A stretch of DNA of 64,000 bases from Elsinoe ampelina (taxonomy: Eukaryota): contig ML992504.1 in NCBI GenBank assembly GCA_010093995.1, forward strand, positions 1,601,394 through 1,665,393. Reading direction: 5' to 3'. Positions 1 to 12,441 of the stretch are shown here, piece by piece (position 1 is the stretch's first letter; each line of letters opens with the position of its first letter). Below the pieces are notes generated by a model. It searched no databases and had not been told where the DNA came from. It saw nothing but the letters and a program-made list of their open reading frames with translations. The position numbers and the translations under genes were made by a program.

Positions 1-362
1 CTTATTCTGTTAAAGCTTAGGAGTTCTGTCAATTCAGTTATCTCTTAGGTTATCAGGTTAAGTATTTATATAGTGAGAATCCACCTAATTTTGGTAGATC
101 AGGCAGTAATAAATCTTCTCTTTCCCCACACACAAGTCAACAGGTTCTGCGGTTGGGAGTCACTGGTGCTTGCCCAAAACCACATTGCGCGACACTGATT
201 GGGCCTCCATCGAACTGGTACTCCGTATTCGTTTGTGTAGCCCTGCATGACGACTTTTCAAAGCCATGCGCTGTTGGAGTGCAATGCTGCATAAGTGCAC
301 TTCGCGGAAGGCTCCGTGTTGAGTCCTTCCGACATGCTGCATCCCCGCCTACATAATCATGA

Positions 363-904
363 TCAACTCCATTCTCCTTTCCTGTATCCCAGCACTCCAG
401 CGACCAGACTGGTCAAGACCCAGCTGTACTCCAAGTATTGTAACACACCAATCAAGTCCTGCGTCCTATCGATCGCCTCGTTATAGCCCTTCAACATGGG
501 CACCTTGCCCTTCTCCTTCCAGAAATTGTACACGTGTCCACGTACGAGGAGTGTGATGAGTAACATCGCAGGCGACGCCAGAACGCGGTATTTGCGTGGG
601 ACCAAATGCCAGCTTGTCGCGAGGAAAAGAGATGCGCCAAAGGAGAGGAGTACCTACAGGAATCAGACATGCCCGTACGATGACCGCACTGTGAACCTAC
701 CGCTACCGCTCCACTTGCCTGTGTCGTTCTCGTACGGTGCAATTGGCGCGCTGCAATGTCTGAGAACTTTGCTGCCTTCTCCGACTGCTCCTCATATTGG
801 CGCAAGTTCTTGACGGCAATGTACGAGACGTAGATGCCATAGCTGGCGAGCGTCGCTTGGCCCAAGTGCAGGATCTCTGCGTAGTTGAAACCTACACCCG
901 CCAT
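363..904 (-). CDS. Small membrane protein of unknown function (2 exons; intron 654-700)
   Basis: ORF MAGVGFNYAEILHLGQ...TQASGAVA joins via a 47-nt GTAGGT...CTGAT...TAG intron to VLLSFGASLFL...RKGEWS*. Several hydrophobic segments. Confidence 0.75.
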
Positions 905-1382
905 GACCTAGACTGTTACTGGTCGTTGCTGGTTGTGATACGTAGGAGAGGACGTCTCGTGCCTGACGAGCTGCCAGCCCTGAGATCCTCGGATGTCCCA
1001 AAGAGGAAGGAGCTTGGAAACATCATTCTGCTTCGGCCTCAGTTCCATCCACAACGGCTTCTGCACAACAGCGTTTCCACACGATACAGACTATGCGTAC
1101 TCTGCATGATACACAAGTTGCCAATGTGAGCGCCATCTGGGTCCGCAGACACGTGCAAGCCAAGACAAAGGTAGGCTCAAGTGAGAAGGCGCATGCGTGG
1201 ATAGACGTCATCCCTCCGGACATAACTCGCCCTCCCAACAAATGTTTGTATTCACCTCCACAGAGCATTGATTGCTCAAGCCAGTGTGTCACACAACTCA
1301 GCTTCACTTCACAGCCTGAGTTGCATAACCGCTCCTCCAAGCACTTCCTCCGACTTCCCAACTCCCACCACCCACCCTCACC

Positions 1383-2993
1383 ATGCGCAAGCTCTTCTCC
1401 CAAGCCAAATCCCTCGCAAAGGAACAATTCCCCTCCTCCCCCTCCCCTTCCTCCTCCTCCTTCCCCGCCCCCGGTCCCCCACCCACAGACCAACCCCCGC
1501 GCCTCTCCCCTCCCATCCCGCACGACATGTACCTCTACCGCTACCACCACGGCACCAACCTCGGCTCCATCTTCGCGCTGGAACGCTGGCTCACCGGCTC
1601 CCTCTACCCCTCCTCCGCCCCCGGCTCCTCCGAACACGCCGCCGTGTCCGCCTCCATCTCCGAGTCCGGCCTCGATGCTACGAGGGAGAAGTTCGAGCGG
1701 CATTGGCGCGAGTACGTCTCCGATCAGGATCTGGATTGGTTGGCGAATGAGGGTGGGTGCACGACTGTGAGGTTGCCGATTGGGTACTGGACTCTTGGGC
1801 CGGGGTTTTGTAAGGGTACGGCGTTCGAGGGGGTGGCGGGGGTGTATGAACGGGCGTGGGAGGCGGTGAAGGCGTTGGTGCGGAGGTGTGGGGAGAGGGG
1901 GATTGGGGTTTTGGTGGACTTGCATGGGTTGCCGGGCGGGGCGAATCCGAATGATCATTCTGGGACGGACAGTGGGAAGGCGGAGTTTTGGGGGAGTCGG
2001 AGGAATGAGGAATTGGGGTTGAGGTGTGTGGAGTTTGTGGCGGGGGAGTTGAGGGGGTGGGAGAATGTGATCGGCGTGCAGATTGTGAACGAGACGGATG
2101 GGGGCAAGGGTGGGGAGATGTGGAGCTTCTACGATAAGGCGAGGGATGTGGTTGGGAGGATCGATGAGGGGATGCTAGTCATTGTGAGTGATGCGTGGGA
2201 TCTTGGGAGCGCGAGTCGGGAGGTGGCGAAGAGGAACGTGGTTGGAGCGAGAGGTCCACCAGTCGTGCTGGACACGCATCTGTACTGGTGCTTCTCGGAT
2301 CAGGACAAGGCCAAGACGGCCAAACAGATTACAGGCGAGACGTATGATAAGCTGGGAGAGGCCGATTCAGCGTCAGGTAGCGTGCTGGACAAAGGAGCGG
2401 TCCAGGCGATCATTGGAGAGTACAGCTGCGTATTGGCAGAGGAGACCTGGCAGAAGTCTGGACATGAAGGATCTCGAGACGATCTATCACGTGAGTTCGG
2501 TCAAGCGCAGAGTAGACGGTACCAGAACAAAGCAGGTGGGAGCTTCTTCTGGACGTATAGGATGGACTGGATGGATGGCGGTGAGTGGGGATTCAAGGAG
2601 CAGACCAACAAAGGAGCGATCACGGCACCTCACAATGTCCGCCTGGGCAGAGATGATGTTTCTGAGCGAGTGAAAAGGGCAAGAGATGCCATGTACGGTA
2701 AGAGGGGTGACACTTATGGAGCTCATTGCCAGTACTGGGACACCAACCATCCGGGACATTACGAGCACCAGAGGTTCGAGGCAGGTTGGACTGTCGGGTT
2801 CGAGGATGCTTTGAACATCTTTGAGATGAGGACAAGGACTGGTAGAAGCAGTGGTGGTGATAAGATCGGCATGCTCGAGATATGGGTTCTGAAGCGACTC
2901 AAGGAGAGCGGCCAGGGAGGAAAGTTCGTCTGGGAGTACGAGCAGGGGCTGCGGCAAGGTGTGAGAGACTTCTATGAGCTTGCTGGTGTGTAG
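1383..2993 (+). CDS. Glycoside hydrolase family 5 (glucan 1,3-beta-glucosidase-like), no signal peptide
   Basis: 536-aa ORF with GTNLGSIFALERWL, VRLPIGYW, VDLHGLPGGAN, acid/base motif IVNE, DTHLY, nucleophile motif IGEYS and FFWTY. Confidence 0.92.
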   Translation: MRKLFSQAKSLAKEQFPSSPSPSSSSFPAPGPPPTDQPPRLSPPIPHDMYLYRYHHGTNLGSIFALERWLTGSLYPSSAPGSSEHAAVSASISESGLDATREKFERHWREYVSDQDLDWLANEGGCTTVRLPIGYWTLGPGFCKGTAFEGVAGVYERAWEAVKALVRRCGERGIGVLVDLHGLPGGANPNDHSGTDSGKAEFWGSRRNEELGLRCVEFVAGELRGWENVIGVQIVNETDGGKGGEMWSFYDKARDVVGRIDEGMLVIVSDAWDLGSASREVAKRNVVGARGPPVVLDTHLYWCFSDQDKAKTAKQITGETYDKLGEADSASGSVLDKGAVQAIIGEYSCVLAEETWQKSGHEGSRDDLSREFGQAQSRRYQNKAGGSFFWTYRMDWMDGGEWGFKEQTNKGAITAPHNVRLGRDDVSERVKRARDAMYGKRGDTYGAHCQYWDTNHPGHYEHQRFEAGWTVGFEDALNIFEMRTRTGRSSGGDKIGMLEIWVLKRLKESGQGGKFVWEYEQGLRQGVRDFYELAGV

Positions 2994-3511
2994 ATAGAGC
3001 TATGCGAAGACCTCGTCAATGAATTCATTACGGTCGACTAGATGAGTCGTCGTTGCCGTGCAGCTGTCATGCTTGCATGAGAGTGACCTACGTTTCGCAG
3101 CGGAATGTACTGCATTAAATGAATCGACAGGAAATCGACCGAAAAATCCCGTCCCAGTGCCCAAATCCACCGTGAATATATTCAAATATTTTCTAGCCAT
3201 CACTGGACTAAAATGACATCGATTTCGAGAATATAAGCAAAGAGGTACGTGTTCGGGAAGCGTTCGAAGCAGAATATGCTCTTCGACTGCTTGACAGCTC
3301 AAAGATGCGGCTCTGCTGACCCGAAGCTTCTGATTGGTCGTGTCCGACCGCGCGACAGCTTGAGAAGAATCGCGTTCGCTTTGGAAGATTTTCTGTGGAG
3401 CTTCATTCACAGGCAGACAGAAACACCCCTTCGATCACCATATCCAGCAGTCTTGCCAATCGCCATAGCGATACACAGACAAATATCTTGGCCTGATACA
3501 CGTCTCCCAAC

Positions 3512-5341
3512 ATGTCGTTCGGCGGGCAAACGCCAACCATCATCGTCCTCAAAGAAGGTAGGTCGTGTACAACATCAGAAATGGCTGTAGCTGACATGTT
3601 CACCAGGCACCGATCAATCACAAGGACGCGGACAGATTCTTTCGAATATTAATGCTTGTCTAGCTGTTCAAGCGACCATCAAATCCACACTCGGACCATA
3701 CGGCGGTGATCTGCTCCTGGTAGATGAGAATGGCAAGCAAACAATCACAAACGACGGCGCGACTGTCATGAAACTACTAGACATTGTTCACCCGGCCGCG
3801 AGAATCCTCACAGATATCGCGCGCTCACAAGATGCTGAAGTTGGCGACGGGACGACAAGCGTGGTTGTTCTTGCTGGAGAAATCCTGAAAGAGATCAAGG
3901 AGCACGTGGACCAGGGTGTGAGCTCGCAGGTAATCATCAAGGGTCTTCGGAGAGCCTGCGGTATGGCGGTGAACAAGATCAAGGAGATTGCCGTGGACGT
4001 GGCTGGAGAGAAGGATGGGGACAGGAGGGAGACACTGAGGAAGCTGGCCGCGACTGCGATGAGCAGCAAGCTTATCCACAGGAATGCGGACTTCTTCACA
4101 AAGAGTAAGGAACATGGACGATACAGAAGAGAATCGAGGCTGACAGAGCATAGTGGTTGTGGATGCTGTACTTTCTTTAGACCAGGACGACCTGAACGAC
4201 AGATTGATTGGCATCAAGAAGATCACGGGAGGTGCGCTGCAAGACTCCCTATTCGTCAACGGTGTGGCTTTCAAGAAGACCTTCTCCTATGCTGGATTCG
4301 AGCAACAGCCAAAGTCATTCAAGGATCCCAAAATTGTCTGCCTGAACGTGGAGCTGGAGCTGAAGAGTGAGAAGGACAACGCGGAGGTGCGAGTTGAGCA
4401 GGTCTCGGAGTACCAGGCGATCGTGGATGCGGAGTGGCAGATCATTTACAACAAGATGGAGGCGTTGTACAAGACGGGCGCTAAGGTGGTACTGAGCAAG
4501 CTGCCCATTGGTGATTTGGCCACACAGTAAGCTATGCGTATTATCTTACGAGGGGCTGAGCTAACGATTATGCAGATACTTTGCTGATCGAGACATCTTC
4601 TGCGCTGGTCGCGTAGCGTCTGACGATTTGGACCGAGTTTGCCTCGCGACCGGCGCATCGATACAATCGACGTGCTCCGACATTCAGGAATCGCATCTCG
4701 GCACCTGCGCAAAGTTCGAGGAGCGACAAATCGGTGGGGAGAGATTCAACTTCTTCGAGGGTTGCCCGGGCGCAAAGACTTGCACGCTCGTCCTCCGTGG
4801 TGGCGCAGAGCAATTCATTGCCGAAGTCGAGCGGTCACTTCACGATGCCATTATGATCGTCAAGCGGGCCATCAAGAACCAGACGATTGTCGCAGGTGGT
4901 GGCGCGACAGAGATGGAGATTTCAAAATACCTGCACACGTTCGCCGACAAGAACGTTCCGCATAAACAACAATCCATCATCAAAGCCTTCGCCAAGGCAC
5001 TCGAGGTGATACCGAGACAGCTATGCGACAATGCAGGTTTCGATGCGACCGACATCCTCAATAGATTGCGAGTAGAGCACAGGAAGGGAAACACCTGGTC
5101 TGGAGTCGACTTCGATAACGAGGGTGTGCGCGACAACATGCAAGCATTCGTTTGGGAACCTGCATTGGTCAAGGTCAATGCTATCCAAGCTGCGGTGGAG
5201 GCAAGCTGCTTGATTTTGAGCGTGGACGAGACCATCAAGAACCAAGAAAGTCAACAGCCCCAAGGACCGCAAAGAGGACTGCCACCGGGAGCAGCGCAAA
5301 GAGCGATGCGAGGAAGAGGTCGGGGTATGCCCAGACGGTAA
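3512..5341 (+). CDS. CCT7: T-complex protein 1 subunit eta (CCT chaperonin); introns 3558-3606, 4105-4153, 4527-4575
   Basis: [62 protein letters not shown], and a C-terminal [10 protein letters not shown] typical of the eta subunit. Confidence 0.97.
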
Positions 5342-6250
5342 CGCGATAATGACTGCAGGTAATGTACAGTATCAACATAGACGGTCATGTACCAGAGGGA
5401 GAAAATCAAAAGTCGATCGACCAGGCAACGGGTGAGAGGCGACGATCATGTGAGCAGCATACGAAGTTACCAGGCGAGGTTATGAAAGAGGAAAGACTTT
5501 GTTGATCCTGAAAGAGGAGAGCGAAGCAGAGGCGTGGCACAGCGCAACTTGACGGGAGGATGGCAAAAGCTGGGCACGTCACCGAAATTGTTGAGCGCTT
5601 CTGCTTCAGGCCTGAGCTACCCCAAGATCAAACCGTTTCATGACAACGATTATAGATACGGTAGGGTTCGTGAAGGATCAATTCAAGAGGTAAACCCTGT
5701 CGAACACGCGTCCCGTGTGTGAAGTGAAAGAACATGATCGTCAAATGATGCTCCTCAACGAGCAATTCCTGTCCGGCAGACATGGATAGCAACAACAGAG
5801 AGGCGACAACACCTATGATACATGCAGTCAACAGACGAAGCGAATACAGCACGACATGGCACAGCAGTCCACAAAGTCAGTAGAGGAATCAATACAAACG
5901 CACAATCGAATATCGACTGAAAACCGACGAAACACGCCTGGTTTTGCAAGGTGGGACGTCGTTTGCTTTTGTACTTTTGCCGAGTCTTTCAAGATCACGC
6001 GGGCGCGCTTTGCCCTGTTGGTCGATTGTTGATCCGCCCGCGCAAACCGCGAGCTACATAAATCCCAAAGGCGGCCGTGCCCCCCCCGCCCGCCGCCGCC
6101 CCTCTACTCCTTCCTCGCTATTTCAAAGAGAATACATATCCCGCCATCTCAACACCACAACCACTTCTGTACGATACCTTTCATAGCTCATTCGACTCGT
6201 CAGACGCTAATCTATCACGCAAGCCAATTTTCAAAAATCCAACATTCGAA

Positions 6251-7310
6251 ATGGCACCAAAGGCAGCTTCCAAGGCGTCTGCGCCCAAGAAGAGCTCCAG
6301 CACTGCTGCTCACCCAACTTACCAAGGTGATTATTCTTCCCAAATCGCAGATCTGATTTTGCAGAATCATCGCAAATGCTTTGTGTTGATCAGGCGACTG
6401 ACTTTATACCAGACATGATCAAGGAAGCCGTCATCCAGGTATGTCGCCGTCGATTGTTTACTGCTCGGGCGCAACGCGAATCCACGCGTCTCAGGCCGCA
6501 CTCGCATACTGTCTACCACAGCAAAGACCAGTGACTGACTTTTCTCCGCACTACAGCTCAAGGAACGCAATGGCTCCAGGTTAGTATTTCCAAATTTTCA
6601 TTCTTCCCCATGGCAATCTCGCCGCCGCCCTGATCCATCCTCCGGGCGCACCCAAGACTGACTTTCTCCCAGCCGTCAAACCTTGAAGAAGTATGTGATG
6701 GCCAACAACAGCTTGGGCAACATCTCAGATGCTGTCTATACTGCTCGCTTCAACCAAGCACTTGCAAAGGGTTCTGAGAACGGAACCTTCGTTCGCCCCA
6801 AGGGTGCTTCCGGCCCGGTCAAGCTTGGAAAGGCTCCTGCTGCCACCAAGACCGCAAAGGCCAGCTCTCCCACTGCCACCAAGGAGGCCAAGCCCAAGAC
6901 TGCCACCAAGGCAAAGACCGTAAGTTGAATCCCGACCGTGTTGTCGTTGTCATCGGTTATTGACGTTCAATAGACCAAGGCTGCTGCACCCAAGAAGGCC
7001 GCTGCCGCCACCAAGAAGACCGCGGCCAAGGCTGCACCTAAGAAGACTGCCGCAAAGGCCAACACTGGCAAGTCTAGGAAAACCGCCGCTCCTGCCGTTC
7101 GTTCATCTGATCATCAATGTCGTTGCCTTTTGCTAATACCGTGACCAGGCCCCTGCTGTTGGCGAGGAGAAGACCACTGTTCTTAGCAAGACCAAGTCTG
7201 GCCGTGTCTCCAAGACGACAAAGGCCCCAGCACCGAAGAAGGCAGCCTCAACCAAGAAGGCAGCGCCAAAGAAGGCAGCCACCAAGAAGGCCACCCCTAA
7301 GAAGGCATAG
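6251..7310 (+). CDS. HHO1: Histone H1 (linker histone), multi-intron
   Basis: MAPKAASK...HPTYQ/DMIKEAVIQ/LKERNGSS/RQTLKKYVMANN...FVRPKGASGPVKL globular domain, followed by a Lys/Ala/Thr-rich tail. Six short GT-AG introns. Confidence 0.93.
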
Positions 7311-8644
7311 ACGGCTTCGACCACCCCTCTTGACCTTCTCCGCACTCCTGTCGACGAGGCTGAAGTTCTTCGTCGCATGGTCAAGACCAGACTGAAACGA
7401 CTGGCTTGAGTCGATTTCCTATCGACGACCTCGACGACGTTGTGTATAGGAGGTGTCATGGCATGCATGTTACGACTCTCAATCTCTCTCTTTTGTTGAT
7501 CGTCTAATGGACGGAGGATTCCCGTATGTTTTGCCCTCGGTGGGACGGTAGGACGCCAAAGTGGGAGGATGAATGGAAGGCGTACGGCGTTTATCAATGC
7601 GACCGCGCACCCGGGCTGTATTGTAGAGATGGCTGTTTTCAATCAAGCTTTTTTCAAAACTTCAAACATGTTCACATCATCATGATGTTGATCGTTATGA
7701 TGCATTTGTCTCGGAATATCTGTGATATTATTCGGCTGCTGAATGCGCCAGTAAATGCACGACTGCTGTGCGCGGGCGCAACAACCGTCTAGCATGGCAT
7801 GGAACATGTCACGTGCAGCTACGACCACTTCCATCGGGCCAGACAGCGAACATGTTCTGAATCCAGCGAACTCGGACTCAAGTCCACGACTAGATCACTT
7901 GCAGACCCTCACAGGATTGATCTACCGAGACTAGACGTGATCGGCAGTGATCCTGAGCATGAGTGGAGCTATACAGCAACATATCAAGGAAGAGGGTGGG
8001 TGTATCAATGACCGTTTGCATAAAAATAGGCCCAGGTGGTTGGAAGCTGTGGGTCCTGCTAGCCTGAAGTTCCCTGAACTGCGCTCGGAGCACTCCGATT
8101 GGTGCAGCTGCTGAGAAAGTGGGGATGACATCCAGAACAGAGCCGCAACACCAACTCCATCACCAGAATCACTCTGCAACTCGGTGATTCTACTGTAATT
8201 CCGGTGGTGATCTCGCCACCTGGGCCTTTCCAGCTATGTATAGCTGATTCCGCTCATTCTTCTTTCCTTCTGTAACAGTAACCAAAATTCGTGAGTCGTC
8301 CCCCGAATTGCTGCCACACGGCACAGTCGTCTAGTAGCACCTCGTCGCAAGTTTGTGCCAAGACCGCTGACGATGTTTACAGAATCAATCAAACCACCAA
8401 CCAAGTCAATCTGCCGACCCAGTAAGAACTACCAGACAACTGCCAATCATACCGATACTGACCAGAATTGCCAGGTTTGTTACTATCAGACCGTCGAAAT
8501 AACTACCAGGTCTGACAGGTCCCAGATTTCAAAATCCCCAAGAACTACCAGACTCAAAATCAATCTACCCACTCAATACCACCCACCATAGTCTGGTCAG
8601 TGGCAGTTTCCGCGGCCAAGGCCGGCCTGGTTCATGGCTACTTC

Positions 8645-10454
8645 ATGCAAGTCACCAATACCATGCTCAATTCCCAGCATGGGATCGACACAAGCACGTC
8701 TCCGCGCAAGCCAGCGGGAATCATCATCAACGGCAACATTGGTCAGAACCACCAGAACGACCACCGCCAGAACAATCAGGCAGAGCCACGCCCAAGTCTC
8801 CAGCAAGAAACGCGCCATTCATACCATGCCGAGCCAAACGCCTTGGTCGTCCCCAAGCAGCGCTCAAACACCCAACCACTCGACGACGACGCTGCCCGCT
8901 GGGCAGAGCGCATCAAAGAACGTCGTATCAGCACCAAACGCCGCCGCGAGGAAGAGCTTGATGATGAGCGAGTACTCATGGGCACAAAGGTGGCCGAAGG
9001 ACACGAGAACTTCGAGACGGCGTATAATATGCTCACCGGCATCCGCTTCTGCGTGTCTCGCTGCAACGCTAAGATCGACCGCGAGCTCACCACCGCCGAC
9101 TTCCGCGAACGGCGCAAGACCAACTTTGACGTCCTCGGCACTGAGCTGACACCTGCCACCAAATACGACTTTAAATTCAAAGACTACGCCCCATGGGTCT
9201 TCAGACACCTTCGCGAGGCATTCAACATCGATCCCGCTACCTACCTCATGTCGTTGACCGACAAATACATCCTCTCAGAACTCGGCTCGCCAGGCAAGTC
9301 CGGCAGCTTCTTCTACTTTTCAAGAGACTACAAATACATCATCAAGACCATTCATCATCACGAGGCAAAGTTCCTCCGCAAGATCCTCCCACAATACTAC
9401 GAGCACGTCAAGGCAAACCCGGACACATTGCTCAGCCAATTCTACGGCCTCCACCGCGTTAAGACCAGCACTGGAGACCTGTTTCACTTTGTCATTATGA
9501 ACAACCTTTTCCCCGCACACAAAGACATTCACCGCACATACGACCTGAAAGGCAGTCTGGTCGGGCGCGAATACGACGAGAAACTACTCGACAACAACCC
9601 ACAAGCCACCCTCAAAGACCTCAACTGGTTGAACCGTAACATGCACCTCGAGTTCGGTCCTTCAAAGGGTGACAAACTCAAAAATCAAATGGAGCGCGAC
9701 GTTCGTTTCCTTCAAAAGCTCGGCATCATGGACTACAGTCTCCTCGTCGGCATCCACGACCTCAACAGAGGCAACGCAGATAACATCCGCAACAAAACCC
9801 TCAAAGTCTTCCAACCAGGCGGCGAACGCATCCTCTCCAACGCCAACCTGCCGAATCTACAACCGTTATCCGAAGCCGCCACCACCACCAGCTTCGAACT
9901 ACCAAACAACGCCTCATCCACCGGTCTCACATCACAACAAAGCAACCAAGCCTTGCCCAACCTCCTCACCCGCACACCCAGCAAGATCGAAAACGCCCGG
10001 AAAGCCAGCCAGCTTAGACAGCTCGTCAAGGCCGAACGCCCCGTGCCCATGGACCAAACCCGCAACCGCATGCCCGAGCGCCAAGCCGACCACGACTCAA
10101 AGAAAGGCACCTTCTTCTACGGCGAAGAGGGCGGCCTCCGCGCCACAAACCGAGACGACCGCCCAGGCGACGAAATCTACTACCTCGGCATCATCGACTG
10201 TCTGACAAAAGTAAGTCCCCCCCCTCCCTTTTCCCTCCCCNNNNNNNNNNNNNNNNNNNNNNNNNNNNNNNNNNNNNNNNNNNNNNNNNNGGTAGTACTC
10301 CATGACCAAGCGGGCGGAACACCTGTGGAAGTCGTTCAGCCAGCCGGACGCCGAGATCTCGGCCGTGCCGCCGGTCAGGTACGGGGAGAGATTCCTCAAG
10401 TTTATGCGGCGGGCGGTGGCGCCGAGGGAGGAGGGGGGGGAGATGACGTTTTAG
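8645..10454 (+). CDS. MSS4: Phosphatidylinositol-4-phosphate 5-kinase; last intron (10211-10295) spans the N gap; start codon uncertain
   Basis: YDFKFKDYAPWVFRHLR, GSPGKSGSFFYFSRDYKYIIKTI, YDLKGS, IMDYSLLVG, YYLGIIDCLT. Final exon YSMTKRAEHLWKSF...ISAVPPVRYGERFLKFM...*. Confidence 0.93.
10241..10290. other. Assembly gap (50 N) inside the MSS4 intron
   Basis: Run of n between a C-rich tract and a G-rich tract. Confidence 0.99.
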
Positions 10455-10650
10455 GAGGGGGAGGGGGAGGGGAGGGAGAAGGGGGAGAAGGGGGATGGGA
10501 GAGGGGAGGAGGGAGGAGGGGAATGGAGGAGGGAAGGGGCTTTCTTTTGTCCTTGGGACATAGCGTCGGCGTACTGAGAATACCATCTTTTTTTCTTCTC
10601 ACTGTTGCTGGTGGTGTCTTGTGATCGATGTCATGGGTTCGTGGTGGTCT

Positions 10651-10935
10651 CTGGTAGGGTCTGAGGTGAGGTACTACCGGACCTTTGTTGTCGGGCCTGT
10701 TATTCCGCTGACATCGCTACAGTTTCTGGTAGGACATGACGGAAGCTACTACTAGGCCTCTCGCTGTCCGTTCCGGGTACCCCGCTGATGTCGCCACAGT
10801 GTCTGTCAGGGTTCGAGGTAAAGTACTACCAGACCATGTCGTCGCTTCTGTGGGTTTTGCTGACGTTGCCACGGTTCCTGGTAGGATTCTAGGTGGCGTA
10901 CTACCAGACCCTTGCTGTCGGTCGTGGGTGTCTCA
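10651..10935. repeat. Degenerate tandem repeat, ~75-77 bp unit, ~3.7 copies, with an internal CTGGTAG...CTACCAG inverted repeat
   Basis: Units start at 10651, 10726, 10803 and 10878. They share ctggtagg...gtactaccagacc...gctgtcg...gctgacgtcgccacagt. Confidence 0.8.
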
Positions 10936-11751
10936 CTTCAAGCTGAGCGACGTAGTCCCGGTTCTCGAACGTTGACCCTTTTATAAGCTTCGGTCCCACG
11001 ATCGACAGGATGTGGAGAAGGCGAGTCGGCAGGAGGATTTCGAAAGAATTGTCCTTAGCGGTGAGACTGGCTTGAACAGTCGTGGCTGGGCTTGCTGTCC
11101 GCAACGACCAGATCCTCGTCGGTGTCTCCTTACTTGACCAGTGAGTCTAATAATCCTCTTCTTCTTCTTTGGTGCGGACTTCGGATCAGATGTGCTTTGT
11201 ACTTCATCTTCATACACTGGGTCAAAGCCTTTGTCGTCGTCTTGCTGGGCACGCTTGAAGAGCTCTGGAGATGTTCCGTTGTCCTCTAAGCTTGCTTTAA
11301 ACACACGCCTACCATACATACCAGCATAGCCACTCATCTCGATCACAACATCTCGTCTTCTGGCAACATGGTATCTGCTCGTCACACAGAACCCTCCCTG
11401 CAGACGAACCTGCCGTACGAGAGACGCGATCATGCCGTACGACTCGACTCTGCAAGCTGCTTGGCGACGGCAGGCAAGGGAAGTAGTGGAAGGCATGGTT
11501 GAAGCATATACAATCCTCCAGCGCCGAGGCGTCGGCAAGAGCGGAGAGGGCGAATAGCCAAGTCGACTTGGTTATGCAAGCAATGGTTAAGCCAGGTCGT
11601 CGTGCCTTTTGCGTAGACACTGACCTACAAATCTCGTGTTCACGAACAGCCGGACCTTGAGTACGTTTTGTAACAATAATACATTACATCCTAGCTAGTG
11701 GTATCATTCGTCGTTCCTCCCATCATTCCCTCCTCTCCTAGTATTCCAAAT

Positions 11752-12024
11752 CTAGTTGGACACCTTGTCCGGGACCTTCTTGCCAGTGGCCTTCTCAAAG
11801 GCACCACGAGCGCTATCGGTGACCTTCTCGTTGACAGACCTCAACTTGTCGGGGTTCTGGCCGGCGCGGCGCTCGAGGGAGTCGAGACCTGGTGGCTGTC
11901 AGTCACTGCTTGTTCAGAGGGGAGGGGCTGGAGGTGTACCCTTGTCACCGTAGTCCTTCTGGTTGGGGTCGACGGGCTTGCTGCCGGAGGGTTGTCCGGA
12001 TACGGCTTTCTTGATGGCGTCCAT
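11752..12024 (-). CDS. Small hydrophilic protein (~73 aa, stress-protein-like), one intron
   Basis: MDAIKKAVSGQPSGSKPVDPNQKDYGDK + intron (GTACAC...CTGAC...CAG) + GLDSLERRAGQNPDKLRSVNEKVTDSARGAFEKATGKKVPDKVSN*. Confidence 0.8.
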
Positions 12025-12433
12025 TGTGGTTTGTAAAGAATCGTTCTTGTGTGTTGGTATGTGGTGTATGGGGTGTAGTTTGACTTGAGGAACTAACCGA
12101 GAGAACAACAGACCTCTACCCTACCTTAAGTACCCCTCCCCGTCATCCTGCCAGACGGGCCTTATCCCCCCCCAAGCACCAGCCGAACGCAACCAAGCTC
12201 CAACCCGTGCGTTCAACGTTGCGCCATCGTGCCCATGCCCACCTCGGAACATCCTCCCATCGCGAGGCGCTGATACGTGGACCTGGGACGGGACAGCGTC
12301 ACTGCTGCAAGCAAGGTTTGTGGCTACATCACTGGTGGGGGCTGGATCGTTCCAGGATGGGAATTTGAAGACACAATAATGAGCTAGAGGGAAAAGGTGT
12401 GGCTTCGCAAGCTGGCAAAGAGAGGTTGATGGG

Positions 12434-12441
12434 TGACGTCA
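12434..12441. promoter_or_regulatory. Perfect CRE palindrome TGACGTCA upstream of the small stress-like gene
   Basis: TGACGTCA at 12434. A second TGACGTCG near 12482 and CCCCT/AGGGG (STRE-like) words lie in the same upstream region. Confidence 0.35.

Noticed and set aside
1..125. AT-rich start as a RIP-mutated transposon or LTR end
   Set aside because: Too short and truncated by the window. No terminal repeat or coding remnant can be verified.
1023..1958. Long antisense and alternative-frame ORFs over GH5 (also over BCP1, the GPCR and SGF73)
   Set aside because: Low-complexity Pro/Gly-rich translations caused by C/G skew on real genes. No motifs.
3220..3290. nTTCnnGAAn heat-shock-element-like words upstream of CCT7
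   Set aside because: Only two-unit matches with imperfect spacing, which are expected by chance.
10291..10624. Gly-rich C-terminus of the 674-aa MSS4 ORF in the track
   Set aside because: Artefact of reading through the intron and N gap. The true last exon is in another frame and ends at 10454.
10651..10935. Palindromic repeats with regular spacing suggesting a CRISPR array
   Set aside because: Eukaryotic context, no cas genes, degenerate repeats, and the 'spacers' resemble each other. It is a tandem repeat.
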